The notes under the pieces: model-generated
Database searches by the model: none
What the model was told of the DNA's origin: nothing
The model's input: only the letters and a program-made list of their open reading frames with translations
In this document: positions 1-8,540 of the stretch, in pieces
Layout: each line of letters opens with the position of its first letter
How positions within the stretch are numbered: position 1 is the first letter of the stretch
Source of the DNA: an uncultured Christensenella sp.
Lineage (GTDB): Bacteria > Bacillota > Clostridia > Christensenellales > UBA1242
Direction of reading: 5' to 3'
Length of the DNA: 64,000 nucleotides
Assembly: GCA_949300385.1 (NCBI GenBank)
Contig: CASGDZ010000001.1
Location: forward strand, 80,276-144,275
Position numbers and translations under genes: made by a program

Positions 1-162
1 TATTGTTATTATTTTGCAAAAGAGATTAAAGGATCAAATATTGAAAGGTTATATGATGTTGTAAAGGAAGCTGGAGATTTCTATTATTTAAAAAGTTTAT
101 TATCTGAAATAAAAATGGAAAAATATGAAGAAAAATTGAAAAATCAAAATAGCGAAATATAA
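1..162 (+). CDS. 3' end of an unidentified CDS entering from upstream of the window
   Basis: Frame 1 is open from base 1 to TAA at 160-162 (…YYLKSLLSEIKMEKYEEKLKNQNSEI*). A hairpin plus T-run follows. No family is recognisable from 53 residues. Confidence 0.3.
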   Translation, partial: YCYYFAKEIKGSNIERLYDVVKEAGDFYYLKSLLSEIKMEKYEEKLKNQNSEI

Positions 163-194
163 ACATTTTTTAATTATAATTTAACATAAAAAAT

Positions 195-222
195 TTCACT
201 ATTAATTTAGTGGATTTTTTTT
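195..222 (+). terminator. Rho-independent terminator candidate
   Basis: Stem 195-201/208-214 (ttcacta/tagtgga, one G-U pair), loop ttaatt, then T8 at 215-222. Confidence 0.55.
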
Positions 223-250
223 CGCTTTTATTATAAAATTATATTTGAGT

Positions 251-571
251 ATGAATATAGAAGAAAGAGTTTATGTTGCTATTTTAATGAAATACTATGG
301 AAATTTACTTACCAATAAGCAAAAGGAAGTATTATCTATGTATGTAGATAACAATTTGTCTTTGCAAGAAGTTAGCGAAGAATTAGATATTTCGCGTCAG
401 GCAGTTAAAGATACATTAGATAAAGCAATTAATACGCTAAATAAAACAGAAGAAAGTTTAAAATTCATTTCTAGGGACAAAAAACTTATTAAATTTATTA
501 ACAGTAAAGCAAATAAAGAAATTGATGAAATAACAAAAAAAGAATTATTATCAATATTGGAGGACGAATAA
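251..571 (+). CDS. ylxM: YlxM/p13-like putative DNA-binding protein (UPF0122)
   Basis: Small HTH-like protein (LSLQEVSEELDISRQAVKDTL). Its stop overlaps the ffh ATG (TAATG). The ylxM-ffh pairing is conserved in Firmicutes. ATG 251 is preferred over the track start TTG 245. Confidence 0.8.
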   Translation: MNIEERVYVAILMKYYGNLLTNKQKEVLSMYVDNNLSLQEVSEELDISRQAVKDTLDKAINTLNKTEESLKFISRDKKLIKFINSKANKEIDEITKKELLSILEDE

Positions 572-1923
572 TGGCTCTATTTTCTAACCTTAGTGAGAGA
601 TTAAATCATATTTTTAGTAAAATGACTAAACGCGGGAAATTAACTGCATTAGAGATAAAAGAAGCAATGCGTGAAATTCGTGTAGCACTATTAGAAGCAG
701 ATGTCAACTTTTCTGTTGCAAAAGAATTCATAAATAAAGTTAGTGAGAAAGCAGTAGGTGAAGAAATTTTAAATAGTTTAACACCTACCCAACAAGTTAT
801 TAAAATCGTACGCGACGAATTAACCGCGCTTATGGGCGGAGAAAATCAAAAATTAAATGTTGCACCAAAACCACCTACAATAATTATGATGTGTGGTCTG
901 CAAGGTAGTGGTAAAACGACACTTTGCGGTAAACTCGCTTTAAAATTAAAAAAAGAAGGGAAGAAACCTCTGCTAGTAGCGTGCGATATTTATCGTCCAG
1001 CCGCAATCGACCAATTAAAAGTCTTAGGTAAATCAATACAAATTGATGTTTTTGAGCGTGGGACACAAGAACCAGTCAAAACTTGCAATGAAGCAATCAA
1101 GTATGCAGAAAAATTCGCACTCGACACTGTAATTATTGATACAGCAGGAAGATTGCAAATTGATGAAAAATTAATGGACGAGTTAAAACGAATAAAAAAA
1201 GAAATCGAGCCTACTGAAATTTTGCTTGTAATTGACTCAATGATAGGGCAAGAAGCAGTGGCGGTTTCTACTGCATTTAATGACGCGTTAGATGTAACAG
1301 GCGTTGTACTCACTAAGATTGACGGCGATACGCGTGGCGGTGCAGCATTATCAATTCGCTCAGTGATTGGTAAACCTATAAAATTTGTTGGTGTGGGCGA
1401 GAAATTAACAGACCTTGAACCATTTTATCCTGACCGAATGGCGTCAAGAATATTAGGTATGGGCGATGTTTTAACGCTTATTGATAAAGCACAACAAGCG
1501 GTAGATGAAAAAACTGCGCAAGAAATGGAACGAAAGTTTAGGGAAAATAGTTTTGACCTAAATGACTATATTGAGCAGGTTAATTCATTGAAAAAAATGG
1601 GAGGACTAAAATCTGTTCTCTCAATGATGCCGGGTATTAGCGGAAAAATGAAACAAATTGAAGATATGATTGACGAAAAGATGCTTGATAAAAATAAAGC
1701 GATTATTCAGTCAATGACACCAAAGGAGCGACAAGATCCAAGTATAATCAACGGCTCACGCAGACAAAGAATAGCGAAGGGCGCAGGGGTAGAAGTAAGC
1801 GACATTAATCAACTTATTAAACAATTTAATCAAAGTAAAGAAATGATGAAAATGATGAAAAACCCTAAGGCGTATGGTGGCAAATTAAAGATGATGAAGA
1901 ATCTAATGGGTGGAAACTTTTAA
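571..1923 (+). CDS. ffh: Signal recognition particle protein Ffh
   Basis: 450 aa. SRP54 N/G domains (GLQGSGKTT, DTAGR, TKIDGD) and a Met-rich M domain at the C-terminus. Confidence 0.97.
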   Translation: MALFSNLSERLNHIFSKMTKRGKLTALEIKEAMREIRVALLEADVNFSVAKEFINKVSEKAVGEEILNSLTPTQQVIKIVRDELTALMGGENQKLNVAPKPPTIIMMCGLQGSGKTTLCGKLALKLKKEGKKPLLVACDIYRPAAIDQLKVLGKSIQIDVFERGTQEPVKTCNEAIKYAEKFALDTVIIDTAGRLQIDEKLMDELKRIKKEIEPTEILLVIDSMIGQEAVAVSTAFNDALDVTGVVLTKIDGDTRGGAALSIRSVIGKPIKFVGVGEKLTDLEPFYPDRMASRILGMGDVLTLIDKAQQAVDEKTAQEMERKFRENSFDLNDYIEQVNSLKKMGGLKSVLSMMPGISGKMKQIEDMIDEKMLDKNKAIIQSMTPKERQDPSIINGSRRQRIAKGAGVEVSDINQLIKQFNQSKEMMKMMKNPKAYGGKLKMMKNLMGGNF

Positions 1924-1937
1924 CATTAATTTGACAA
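1858..1937 (+). repeat. Direct repeat copy 1 (last 21 codons + stop of ffh + 14 nt)
   Basis: 80 nt identical to 1996-2075, compared base by base at an offset of 138 nt. Confidence 0.95.
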
Positions 1938-1995
1938 CAATACGACATAGGGGAAAGCTGTCATCATTACATATAACCGCGTTATATGAAGGACA

Positions 1996-2075
1996 AAAAA
2001 CCCTAAGGCGTATGGTGGCAAATTAAAGATGATGAAGAATCTAATGGGTGGAAACTTTTAACATTAATTTGACAA
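1996..2075 (+). repeat. Direct repeat copy 2 (orphan copy of ffh 3' end)
   Basis: Exact 80-nt copy of 1858-1937. Weaker similarity continues for about 17 nt (1938-1954 vs 2076-2092). Confidence 0.95.
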
Positions 2076-2114
2076 TAAAACGGCATAGGGATAAAAAGAT
2101 AAACTCTTATTTAT

Positions 2115-2142
2115 TTGACAGATAATTTTAATGAATTATATT
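2115..2142 (+). promoter_or_regulatory. sigma-A-like promoter candidate
   Basis: TTGACA (2115-2120), 16 nt spacer, TATATT (2137-2142). Confidence 0.4.
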
Positions 2143-2208
2143 AAAAACTTAAAATTTATAAAAATACACAATATATAGTAGTTGTTTATTATTAATAACA
2201 CTGTAAAA

Positions 2209-2237
2209 TTGCTTAGGGGTCGATATTCTAGTATAAT
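2209..2237 (+). promoter_or_regulatory. sigma-A-like promoter candidate
   Basis: TTGCTT (2209-2214), 17 nt spacer, TATAAT (2232-2237). Confidence 0.45.
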
Positions 2238-2313
2238 GATATCACTAATTTTTGATTTGTCAATATGTGAAAAAAAATTTTATAATAATTATACAAAAAT
2301 TATAGAAAAACCC

Positions 2314-2342
2314 TTTACAAATTATGGAATATCTGATATAAT
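2314..2342 (+). promoter_or_regulatory. sigma-A-like promoter for rpsP operon
   Basis: TTTACA (2314-2319), 17 nt spacer, TATAAT (2337-2342). Lies 45 nt upstream of rpsP, which has an AAAGGAG RBS. Confidence 0.55.
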
Positions 2343-2386
2343 GTAAAGGTAAATTACTTTACAAGTGGTAAATAAAAGGAGAAATT

Positions 2387-2680
2387 ATGGCAGTAAAAAT
2401 TAGATTAACTCGTTTAGGAGATAAGAAATCACCTTTCTATCGTGTAGTTGTTGCTGATGCTAGAGTTGCTCGTGATGGTAAATACATTGAACAAATCGGT
2501 ACTTACAATCCGCTTAAAACTCCTGCTGAAATCAACATTAACGATGAACTTGCTACTAAATGGTTAAAGAATGGTGCTGTTCCTACTGAAACTGCTAAGA
2601 CTTTATTGCAAAAAGTTGGCGTTTTAGAAGTTAAAGGAAATAGTGCACCAAAAACTAACAATAAAAAGAAAAAAGCATAA
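2387..2680 (+). CDS. rpsP: 30S ribosomal protein S16
   Basis: [26 protein letters not shown] is the canonical S16 N-terminus. Strong RBS. Confidence 0.97.
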   Translation: MAVKIRLTRLGDKKSPFYRVVVADARVARDGKYIEQIGTYNPLKTPAEININDELATKWLKNGAVPTETAKTLLQKVGVLEVKGNSAPKTNNKKKKA

Positions 2681-2690
2681 GGAGTAGGCT

Positions 2691-2921
2691 ATGCAAGAGA
2701 TGTTATCGTACATTGTAAAGAACTTAGTGTCTAACCCTGATGTTGTTGAAATTAGTACAGAAAATCAAGGCAAGACTAAGGTCTACAAAGTTAAAGTGGA
2801 CGAAAAAGATTTAGGAAGTGTCATTGGACGCGGTGGAGTAATTGCCAATGCTATACGCACAGTTGTTAAGTCCACAAATGACAAAAAAGAGCGAATTGTT
2901 ATAAAATTTGACTCTAAGTAA
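2691..2921 (+). CDS. ylqC: KH-domain RNA-binding protein (YlqC/KhpA-like)
   Basis: 76 aa with a GRGG KH motif (IGRGGVIANAIR). Sits in the conserved slot between rpsP and rimM. Confidence 0.85.
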   Translation: MQEMLSYIVKNLVSNPDVVEISTENQGKTKVYKVKVDEKDLGSVIGRGGVIANAIRTVVKSTNDKKERIVIKFDSK

Positions 2922-2946
2922 TAATTTAATTAGTTAAAAGGAAAAT

Positions 2947-3447
2947 ATGCAAAATTTACTAGAAATAGGGAAAATTGTGCGAACTCACGGCATTAAAGGT
3001 GCAGTTAAAGTAATTAGCTACCTAGATGGCGTGAATTTTTCTATATTTAAACATATTTATATAGGCCATGAAAAGTTGAGCGCAAACATTATTAAATCTC
3101 AACCTTTAAATAATGATGCTTTTTCAGTACAAATTGATATATTAAACAGCGTAGAAATTGCGGAGAAATATAAAAACAAATCCATATATATAGATAGAAA
3201 AGAATATCCAACATATAAAGATAAAATCTATTTGTCTGATTTAATAGGCGTACCAGTAATAAGTGAGAATGACAAAATCTTAGGCAATATGGTAGATTTT
3301 GAAGATTATGGTGCTAGCGTTATTTTGACGATAAAATGTGGCGCAGTCAGTTATTCAATACCATATGTCGATGAAATAATCAAATATGATAACATAAAGA
3401 ATGCATTTATAATTGATGAACAAAAATTTAAGGATTTGCGCGTATGA
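2947..3447 (+). CDS. rimM: 16S rRNA processing protein RimM
   Basis: IGKIVRTHGIKGAVKV N-terminal signature. Sits in the rpsP-rimM-trmD synteny. Confidence 0.9.
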   Translation: MQNLLEIGKIVRTHGIKGAVKVISYLDGVNFSIFKHIYIGHEKLSANIIKSQPLNNDAFSVQIDILNSVEIAEKYKNKSIYIDRKEYPTYKDKIYLSDLIGVPVISENDKILGNMVDFEDYGASVILTIKCGAVSYSIPYVDEIIKYDNIKNAFIIDEQKFKDLRV

Positions 3448-4112
3448 GAATTGATATTTTAACGCTTTTCCCTGATATGTTTGCGCCTTTAAAAGAGAGC
3501 ATAATAAAGCGCGCAGTAGATTCAAAATTAGTAGAAATAAATATTACAAATATTCGCGATTACGCTTCACCACCGCATTTCAAATGCGATGACGAACCTT
3601 TTGGCGGTGGGGCAGGAATGGTCATGATGTGTGACCCCATATTTAAAGCAATTGAGGCTATAAAACAAGACAATAGCAAAATATTTTATATGTCGCCAAG
3701 GGGAAAAGTATTTAATCAAAATATTGCGCGTGAAATGTTAAAATATAAACATATAATTTTTCTTTGCGGTCATTATGAAGGTGTCGACCAAAGAGTAATC
3801 GATTACTTTAATATTGAAGAATTGTCGATTGGCGATTATGTGCTAACTGGTGGAGAAATTCCCGCTATGGTTGTGGCAGATTGCATAACGAGGTTAGTTC
3901 CAAACGTAATCAAAAGTGAAAGTGTAGAAGACGAAAGTTTTTCGAAAAATTTACTTGAATACAATCAATATACACGCCCAGCAGTATATCGAGATATGGC
4001 GGTGCCTGAAGTTCTACTTAATGGCAATCACGCAAAAATTGCTGAGTTTAGGCAAAATCAATCGATCGAGATAACAAAGAAGAATAGACCTGATTTATTA
4101 AATAAAAAATAA
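3444..4112 (+). CDS. trmD: tRNA (guanine37-N1)-methyltransferase TrmD
   Basis: MRIDILTLFPDMF…GGGAGMVM…GHYEGVDQRV…LTGGE motifs. Overlaps the rimM stop. Confidence 0.95.
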   Translation: MRIDILTLFPDMFAPLKESIIKRAVDSKLVEINITNIRDYASPPHFKCDDEPFGGGAGMVMMCDPIFKAIEAIKQDNSKIFYMSPRGKVFNQNIAREMLKYKHIIFLCGHYEGVDQRVIDYFNIEELSIGDYVLTGGEIPAMVVADCITRLVPNVIKSESVEDESFSKNLLEYNQYTRPAVYRDMAVPEVLLNGNHAKIAEFRQNQSIEITKKNRPDLLNKK

Positions 4113-4284
4113 TATATGGCTTTGATTAGTCTATAAGATTATTGTCTATGTTTAAATAATTTAAATTTAACAAATGTTTAAAATGACATTATAAAAATAT
4201 AATATCATTTATGGTATACAAATTATTAAAAATAATTTGATATGTATAATATAAAAATAATTAAATGTTAAAAATCTGAAAAAG

Positions 4285-4317
4285 AACAAAATAAAATTGA
4301 AATTATTTTGTTTTTTT
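4285..4317 (+). terminator. A/U-rich hairpin + T-run (weak terminator candidate for trmD operon)
   Basis: 10-bp stem aacaaaataa/ttattttgtt (4285-4294/4303-4312) and T-run 4311-4317. Only one G-C pair. Overlaps the rbgA promoter. Confidence 0.35.
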
Positions 4318-4325
4318 GTTATAAT
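4297..4325 (+). promoter_or_regulatory. Promoter of rbgA with leaderless-type geometry
   Basis: TTGAAA (4297-4302), 17 nt spacer, TATAAT (4320-4325), 6 nt, ATG 4332. No SD in between. Confidence 0.5.
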
Positions 4326-4331
4326 ATACGC

Positions 4332-5165
4332 ATGATAAATTGGTTTCCTGGACATATGAATAAAACATTGAAACAAATGCAAACGGACGCTAAACTTTGC
4401 GATTGTTTTTTATATGTTGTTGACTCTCGTTGCCCAACAAGTTGTATTAATCCAGAATTTGTAAAAGTCGTGGGGAAGAAGCCTATTATTTTTATTCTAA
4501 ATAAAGCAGATTTAATAAATAAAACGGACATAGATAGATTTAAAAGATATTTTATTAATCAAGGGCAAAGATGTGTTAGTCTAAACGCTACTATGAGTGG
4601 TACAAGCAAAATAATAATCTCTGAAATGAAATCGATATTTAAAGATAGGTTAGAGATAAATAAAACTCGCGGTGTGAATTTTATTTTACGCGCTATGGTT
4701 ATAGGTGTACCTAATTCAGGAAAATCAACTATTGTAAACAATCTATGCAACAAAGGACGAGCAGTAACAGGAAATCGCGCGGGCGTCACTCGTTCAAAAC
4801 AATGGGTGAAAGTAGACGCTAATATAGAGATTATGGATACACCAGGAGTATTATTGCCAACTTTTGAAGATGAAAATACGGCTTATAATTTGGCATTTGT
4901 AGGCTCTGTAAAAGACGAGGTTTTAAATATAATTGATATTGCAACTAGGTTAATATCTAAATTAATAAAAATTGACGGCAACATTATTTCAACTAGATAC
5001 GGCGTAGATATCAATAATTATACACATGATATTGAGTTATTAGAACGAATTGGCAAAAAGCGTGGATGTATGATAAAAGGCGGAGAAATTGATTTGGAGC
5101 GGACGGCTAAAATAGTAATTAGTGATTTTAGATTGGGGAAATTAGGTAAAATTTGCTTAGAATAG
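4332..5165 (+). CDS. rbgA: Ribosome biogenesis GTPase A (YlqF/RbgA)
   Basis: MINWFPGHM N-terminus and circularly permuted GTPase motifs (NKADL … GVPNSGKST … DTPG). The track start TTG 4308 was rejected in favour of ATG 4332. Confidence 0.9.
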   Translation: MINWFPGHMNKTLKQMQTDAKLCDCFLYVVDSRCPTSCINPEFVKVVGKKPIIFILNKADLINKTDIDRFKRYFINQGQRCVSLNATMSGTSKIIISEMKSIFKDRLEINKTRGVNFILRAMVIGVPNSGKSTIVNNLCNKGRAVTGNRAGVTRSKQWVKVDANIEIMDTPGVLLPTFEDENTAYNLAFVGSVKDEVLNIIDIATRLISKLIKIDGNIISTRYGVDINNYTHDIELLERIGKKRGCMIKGGEIDLERTAKIVISDFRLGKLGKICLE

Positions 5166-5176
5166 AAGAGAAAAAT

Positions 5177-5827
5177 ATGATAGATACAAATGAAATATTT
5201 AATTATGATAAATCATTATTATCAGAAGACATAAAACTTATTGCTGGTATGGACGAAGTTGGCAGAGGACCACTTGCAGGTCCAGTTGTCACTGCTTGCG
5301 TTGCTATGCCTTATGATTTTATGATTGATGGAGTATTTGATAGTAAAAAGGTAACTAAAAAAAATCGCGAACGATTATATGATGAAATAATTTCGCATGC
5401 TCTTGATTATTCAATTAGTGTAATCGACCAAGATACGATTGATGAAATAAATATTTTAAATGCAACAAAAATGGCAATGACTAAAAGTTTTAATGATCTA
5501 AAAGTAAAACCTGATATTTTATTGATAGACGCTGTAAAATTAAATCTTTCAAACAATGAGCGCTCTATTATCAAAGGCGACGCAACAAGTTATGCGATAG
5601 CATGTGCTTCAATAATTGCTAAAGTATATCGTGATAGGATTATGGAAGAATATTCTAAAATCTACCCTCAATATGATTTTGATCACAATGTAGGATATGG
5701 AACTAAAAAACATATTGATGCTATTAAACAATTTGGAATAACGAAAATACATAGATTGAGTTTTTTAAAATCAATTATAGGTGAAGAAACATGCAAAAAG
5801 ATATATTTGGAAAGAAGGGCGAAATAA
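5177..5827 (+). CDS. rnhB: Ribonuclease HII
   Basis: AGMDEVGRGPLAGPVV catalytic motif. The start could instead be TTG 5153, which would overlap rbgA. Confidence 0.9.
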   Translation: MIDTNEIFNYDKSLLSEDIKLIAGMDEVGRGPLAGPVVTACVAMPYDFMIDGVFDSKKVTKKNRERLYDEIISHALDYSISVIDQDTIDEINILNATKMAMTKSFNDLKVKPDILLIDAVKLNLSNNERSIIKGDATSYAIACASIIAKVYRDRIMEEYSKIYPQYDFDHNVGYGTKKHIDAIKQFGITKIHRLSFLKSIIGEETCKKIYLERRAK

Positions 5828-6138
5828 TTGCTAGCCAGTACTTAAAAAATAAGGGGTATAAGATAATAAAAACTAACTATAAGAATCCTTTAGGTGAAAT
5901 TGATATTATTGCAAAGCAGGGTGATTATATAGTTTTTGTTGAGGTTAAGACTCGAACATCACGCGCATTTGGTGACCCATTAGAAGCGGTAAATGAAACT
6001 AAACAAATGAAAATTAGACAAGTCGCAACGCTATATTTAAAACAATTGAATAGACTTGATACTCCATGTCGATTTGATGTAATATCGGTATTAGGTCAAA
6101 CTGAAGAAGAGATTAGGCATATAATAAATGCGTTTTAA
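5791..6138 (+). CDS. yraN: YraN-family (UPF0102) endonuclease-like protein
   Basis: GE…GEIDIIA…VFVEVKTR motif pattern. Sits in the conserved slot after rnhB. Confidence 0.85.
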   Translation: MQKDIFGKKGEIIASQYLKNKGYKIIKTNYKNPLGEIDIIAKQGDYIVFVEVKTRTSRAFGDPLEAVNETKQMKIRQVATLYLKQLNRLDTPCRFDVISVLGQTEEEIRHIINAF

Positions 6139-6268
6139 TTTATAAATTATTATATGTGATTTTTTCTTTAATATTTTTATATAGAATTTTAAAAAAGCAT
6201 AATGGATAGTTTAAAGTGTAAAATCAAAATTTATAATAGTAATTCTATAAAAAATTTATAAAAAACCC

Positions 6269-6297
6269 TTGCAAAAATTTTTAATTTATGATAAACT
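6269..6297 (+). promoter_or_regulatory. sigma-A-like promoter for rplS
   Basis: TTGCAA (6269-6274), 17 nt spacer, TAAACT (6292-6297), with TG at 6289-6290 (extended -10). Confidence 0.5.
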
Positions 6298-6307
6298 ACT
6301 TGTGTTG

Positions 6308-6345
6308 TTGGCGGTCCGCTACATTCCCAAATGCAAGAACGCCAA
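6308..6345 (+). promoter_or_regulatory. Structured rplS 5' leader (L19-leader-like hairpin)
   Basis: ttggcg (6308-6313) pairs with cgccaa (6340-6345), directly upstream of the GGAGG RBS. L19 autoregulatory leaders are known in Firmicutes. No covariance model was run. Confidence 0.4.
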
Positions 6346-6360
6346 ATTTAGGAGGTAAAT

Positions 6361-6705
6361 ATGAGCAACATTATCGACCAAATCGAGAAAGAGCAATTAA
6401 GAGATGACCTCACTTCCTTTAATATTGGGGACACCGTACGAGTTATGGTTAAAGTCAAGGAAGGCGACAAGGAGCGTATCCAAGCGTATGAAGGCGTTGT
6501 AATTGCAAAGAAAGGTAGCGGAATTCGTGAAACTTTCACTGTTAGACGCGTATCGTTCGGTATAGGTGTAGAGAGAACATTCCCTATGCACAGCCCAAGA
6601 ATTGATAAAGTAATCGTCACAAGGAAAGGTAAAGTTCGTCGCGCTAAAATTTATTACATTAGAAATCTTTCTGGTAAAGCTGCTAAAGTTAAAGAAATTA
6701 AGTAG
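6361..6705 (+). CDS. rplS: 50S ribosomal protein L19
   Basis: Canonical L19 sequence (FNIGDTVRV…[19 protein letters not shown]…RRAKIYYIR). Confidence 0.97.
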   Translation: MSNIIDQIEKEQLRDDLTSFNIGDTVRVMVKVKEGDKERIQAYEGVVIAKKGSGIRETFTVRRVSFGIGVERTFPMHSPRIDKVIVTRKGKVRRAKIYYIRNLSGKAAKVKEIK

Positions 6706-6726
6706 ACTAGCTTTTGAATTTGGATC

Positions 6727-6754
6727 AAACGGACATTAAGTTGTCTGTTTTTTT
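6727..6754 (+). terminator. Rho-independent terminator after rplS
   Basis: 9-bp stem aaacggaca/tgtctgttt (one G-U pair), loop ttaagt, and a T-run through 6754. Confidence 0.75.
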
Positions 6755-6937
6755 AATTTTAGTTAAAGAAAATTTCAAGATATTATAATATATAACTTAA
6801 AGACACATAAGAAAATCATATAACAATTCAATGAATTAATTGAATTAAAATATTAATAAAAAATTTTATAAATTAATAAATGATAAATCATTAATCATTA
6901 TAAAATAAGAACACTAGTATTTGTTTAAATTATTATT

Positions 6938-6951
6938 CAAACATTTGTTCG
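6938..6951. promoter_or_regulatory. LexA (Cheo-type) box candidate upstream of comM-dprA-topA
   Basis: CAAACATTTGTTCG is the exact reverse complement of the box upstream of lexA (62619-62632). It fits GAAC-N4-GTTY and lies 9 nt upstream of a TTGACA -35. Confidence 0.5.
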
Positions 6952-6960
6952 ATAAATTAT

Positions 6961-6990
6961 TTGACAAATTATGGCAATTTATGTTAATAT
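6961..6990 (+). promoter_or_regulatory. sigma-A-like promoter for comM operon
   Basis: TTGACA (6961-6966), 18 nt spacer, TAATAT (6985-6990), with TG at 6982-6983. Confidence 0.55.
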
Positions 6991-7006
6991 CCTTAAAAGA
7001 GGTCAT

Positions 7007-8539
7007 ATGTTAGCAAAAATCTTATCATACGGATTAACAGGGATCAATGGGTATCCCGTAGAAATTGAATTGGATATAAATGCTGGTCTTCCAGGATACG
7101 ATGTAGTAGGTCTAGCAGATACTGCTATTAAGGAAAGCAAATCGCGTGTTAAAGCCGCAATTAAAAATAGTGCATATAATTATCCAATTAATAAAGTTAT
7201 AATAAATCTTGCACCTGCAGATACAAAGAAAGAAGGTAGCATGTATGATCTACCAATAGCACTAGGTATTTTAACAGCACAAGAAGATTTACCGGCAAAT
7301 GCTTTAAAAGATTATGTAGTATTGGGTGAATTAAGTTTAAATGGCGAAATTAGAAAAGTTAATGGAATTTTGCCAATGCTTATTAGTGCGAAACAGGCTA
7401 ATTATAATAAATTTATAATACCCAAAGAAAATGCTATGGAAGCATCATTTATTGATAAAATTGAAGTCTATCCAGTATCAACTCTGCGTGAAGTTGTACA
7501 ATTCTTAAAAGGCGAGATACAAATAGAAAAGAATAATTCTAAGACATTTGAATCCGCTTTGAAAGAACATGAATATAAGCATGATTTTGCATATGTACGC
7601 GGACAAGTTAGTGCTAAGCGGGCTATGGAGATAGCAGCGGCAGGCGGACATAATATTTTGTTAATTGGCCCACCGGGTGCAGGTAAGACTATGCTCGCAA
7701 AATGTTTCCCTTCAATATTGCCCGATTTGACATTTGAAGAGAGTTTGGAAGTAACAAAGATACATAGTGTGGCTGGCATTTTGGACCCTAAAAAAGGTAT
7801 AGTTATAGAGCGTCCATTTAGAAGTCCGCACCATACTGCGACATTAATTGCATTGACTGGAGGTGGGCAAAAAGCAAAACCGGGTGAAATTAGTCTAGCG
7901 CATAATGGTGTATTATTTTTAGATGAAATGCCTGAGTATGCGCGTAATACAATTGAAACACTTAGACAACCTATGGAAGATGGTTACATTACAGTTGCAA
8001 GAAACGCGCTAACTGTTCAATATCCTGCTAACTTTATTTTAGTAGCAAGTATGAACCCATGCCCATGCGGATACTATGGTAGCGCAACACATCCGTGCAA
8101 GTGTACACCTTCGGCGATACATAAATATTTATCAAAAATAAGCGGTCCGCTTATGGATAGAATAGATTTGCATATAGAAGTAGACGCAATCAATTATGAC
8201 GAATTGACAAAAAGCGATTTAGAAGAGCCAAGTAGTGAGATAAAGAAACGAGTAAACAAGGCGCGTGAAATTCAATTGACGCGATTTAAAAATAGTAAAA
8301 TATATGCTAATGCGAAAATGAATGAAAAGGAGTTTAAACAATATTGTAAACTTGATAGCGAATGTACGGAAATACTTGAACTTGCATTCAAAAAATTGAA
8401 TCTTTCAGCACGCGCATATAATAGAATCCTAAAAGTAGCACGCACAATCGCAGACCTTGATGGAAAAGAGAATATAGAAAAAGCACACATTATGGAAGCG
8501 ATACAATATCGCTCATTGGATAAAAAATATACGGTATAA
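7007..8539 (+). CDS. comM: Mg-chelatase-like AAA+ protein ComM/YifB
   Basis: Lon-protease-like N-terminal domain, AAA+ Walker A GPPGAGKT, Walker B LFLDE, and a Cys cluster NPCPCGYYG…CKC. ATG 7007 with an AAGAGG RBS is preferred over track start 6971. Confidence 0.9.
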   Translation: MLAKILSYGLTGINGYPVEIELDINAGLPGYDVVGLADTAIKESKSRVKAAIKNSAYNYPINKVIINLAPADTKKEGSMYDLPIALGILTAQEDLPANALKDYVVLGELSLNGEIRKVNGILPMLISAKQANYNKFIIPKENAMEASFIDKIEVYPVSTLREVVQFLKGEIQIEKNNSKTFESALKEHEYKHDFAYVRGQVSAKRAMEIAAAGGHNILLIGPPGAGKTMLAKCFPSILPDLTFEESLEVTKIHSVAGILDPKKGIVIERPFRSPHHTATLIALTGGGQKAKPGEISLAHNGVLFLDEMPEYARNTIETLRQPMEDGYITVARNALTVQYPANFILVASMNPCPCGYYGSATHPCKCTPSAIHKYLSKISGPLMDRIDLHIEVDAINYDELTKSDLEEPSSEIKKRVNKAREIQLTRFKNSKIYANAKMNEKEFKQYCKLDSECTEILELAFKKLNLSARAYNRILKVARTIADLDGKENIEKAHIMEAIQYRSLDKKYTV

Positions 8540-8540
8540 T

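Noticed and set aside
6878-6898. AATGATAAATCATTAATCATT, a Fur-box-like AT-rich near-palindrome upstream of comM.
   Set aside because: - It has an extra base relative to the 7-1-7 or 19-mer Fur consensus.
- Such strings are expected in spacer of this AT content.
- No iron-related gene is downstream.
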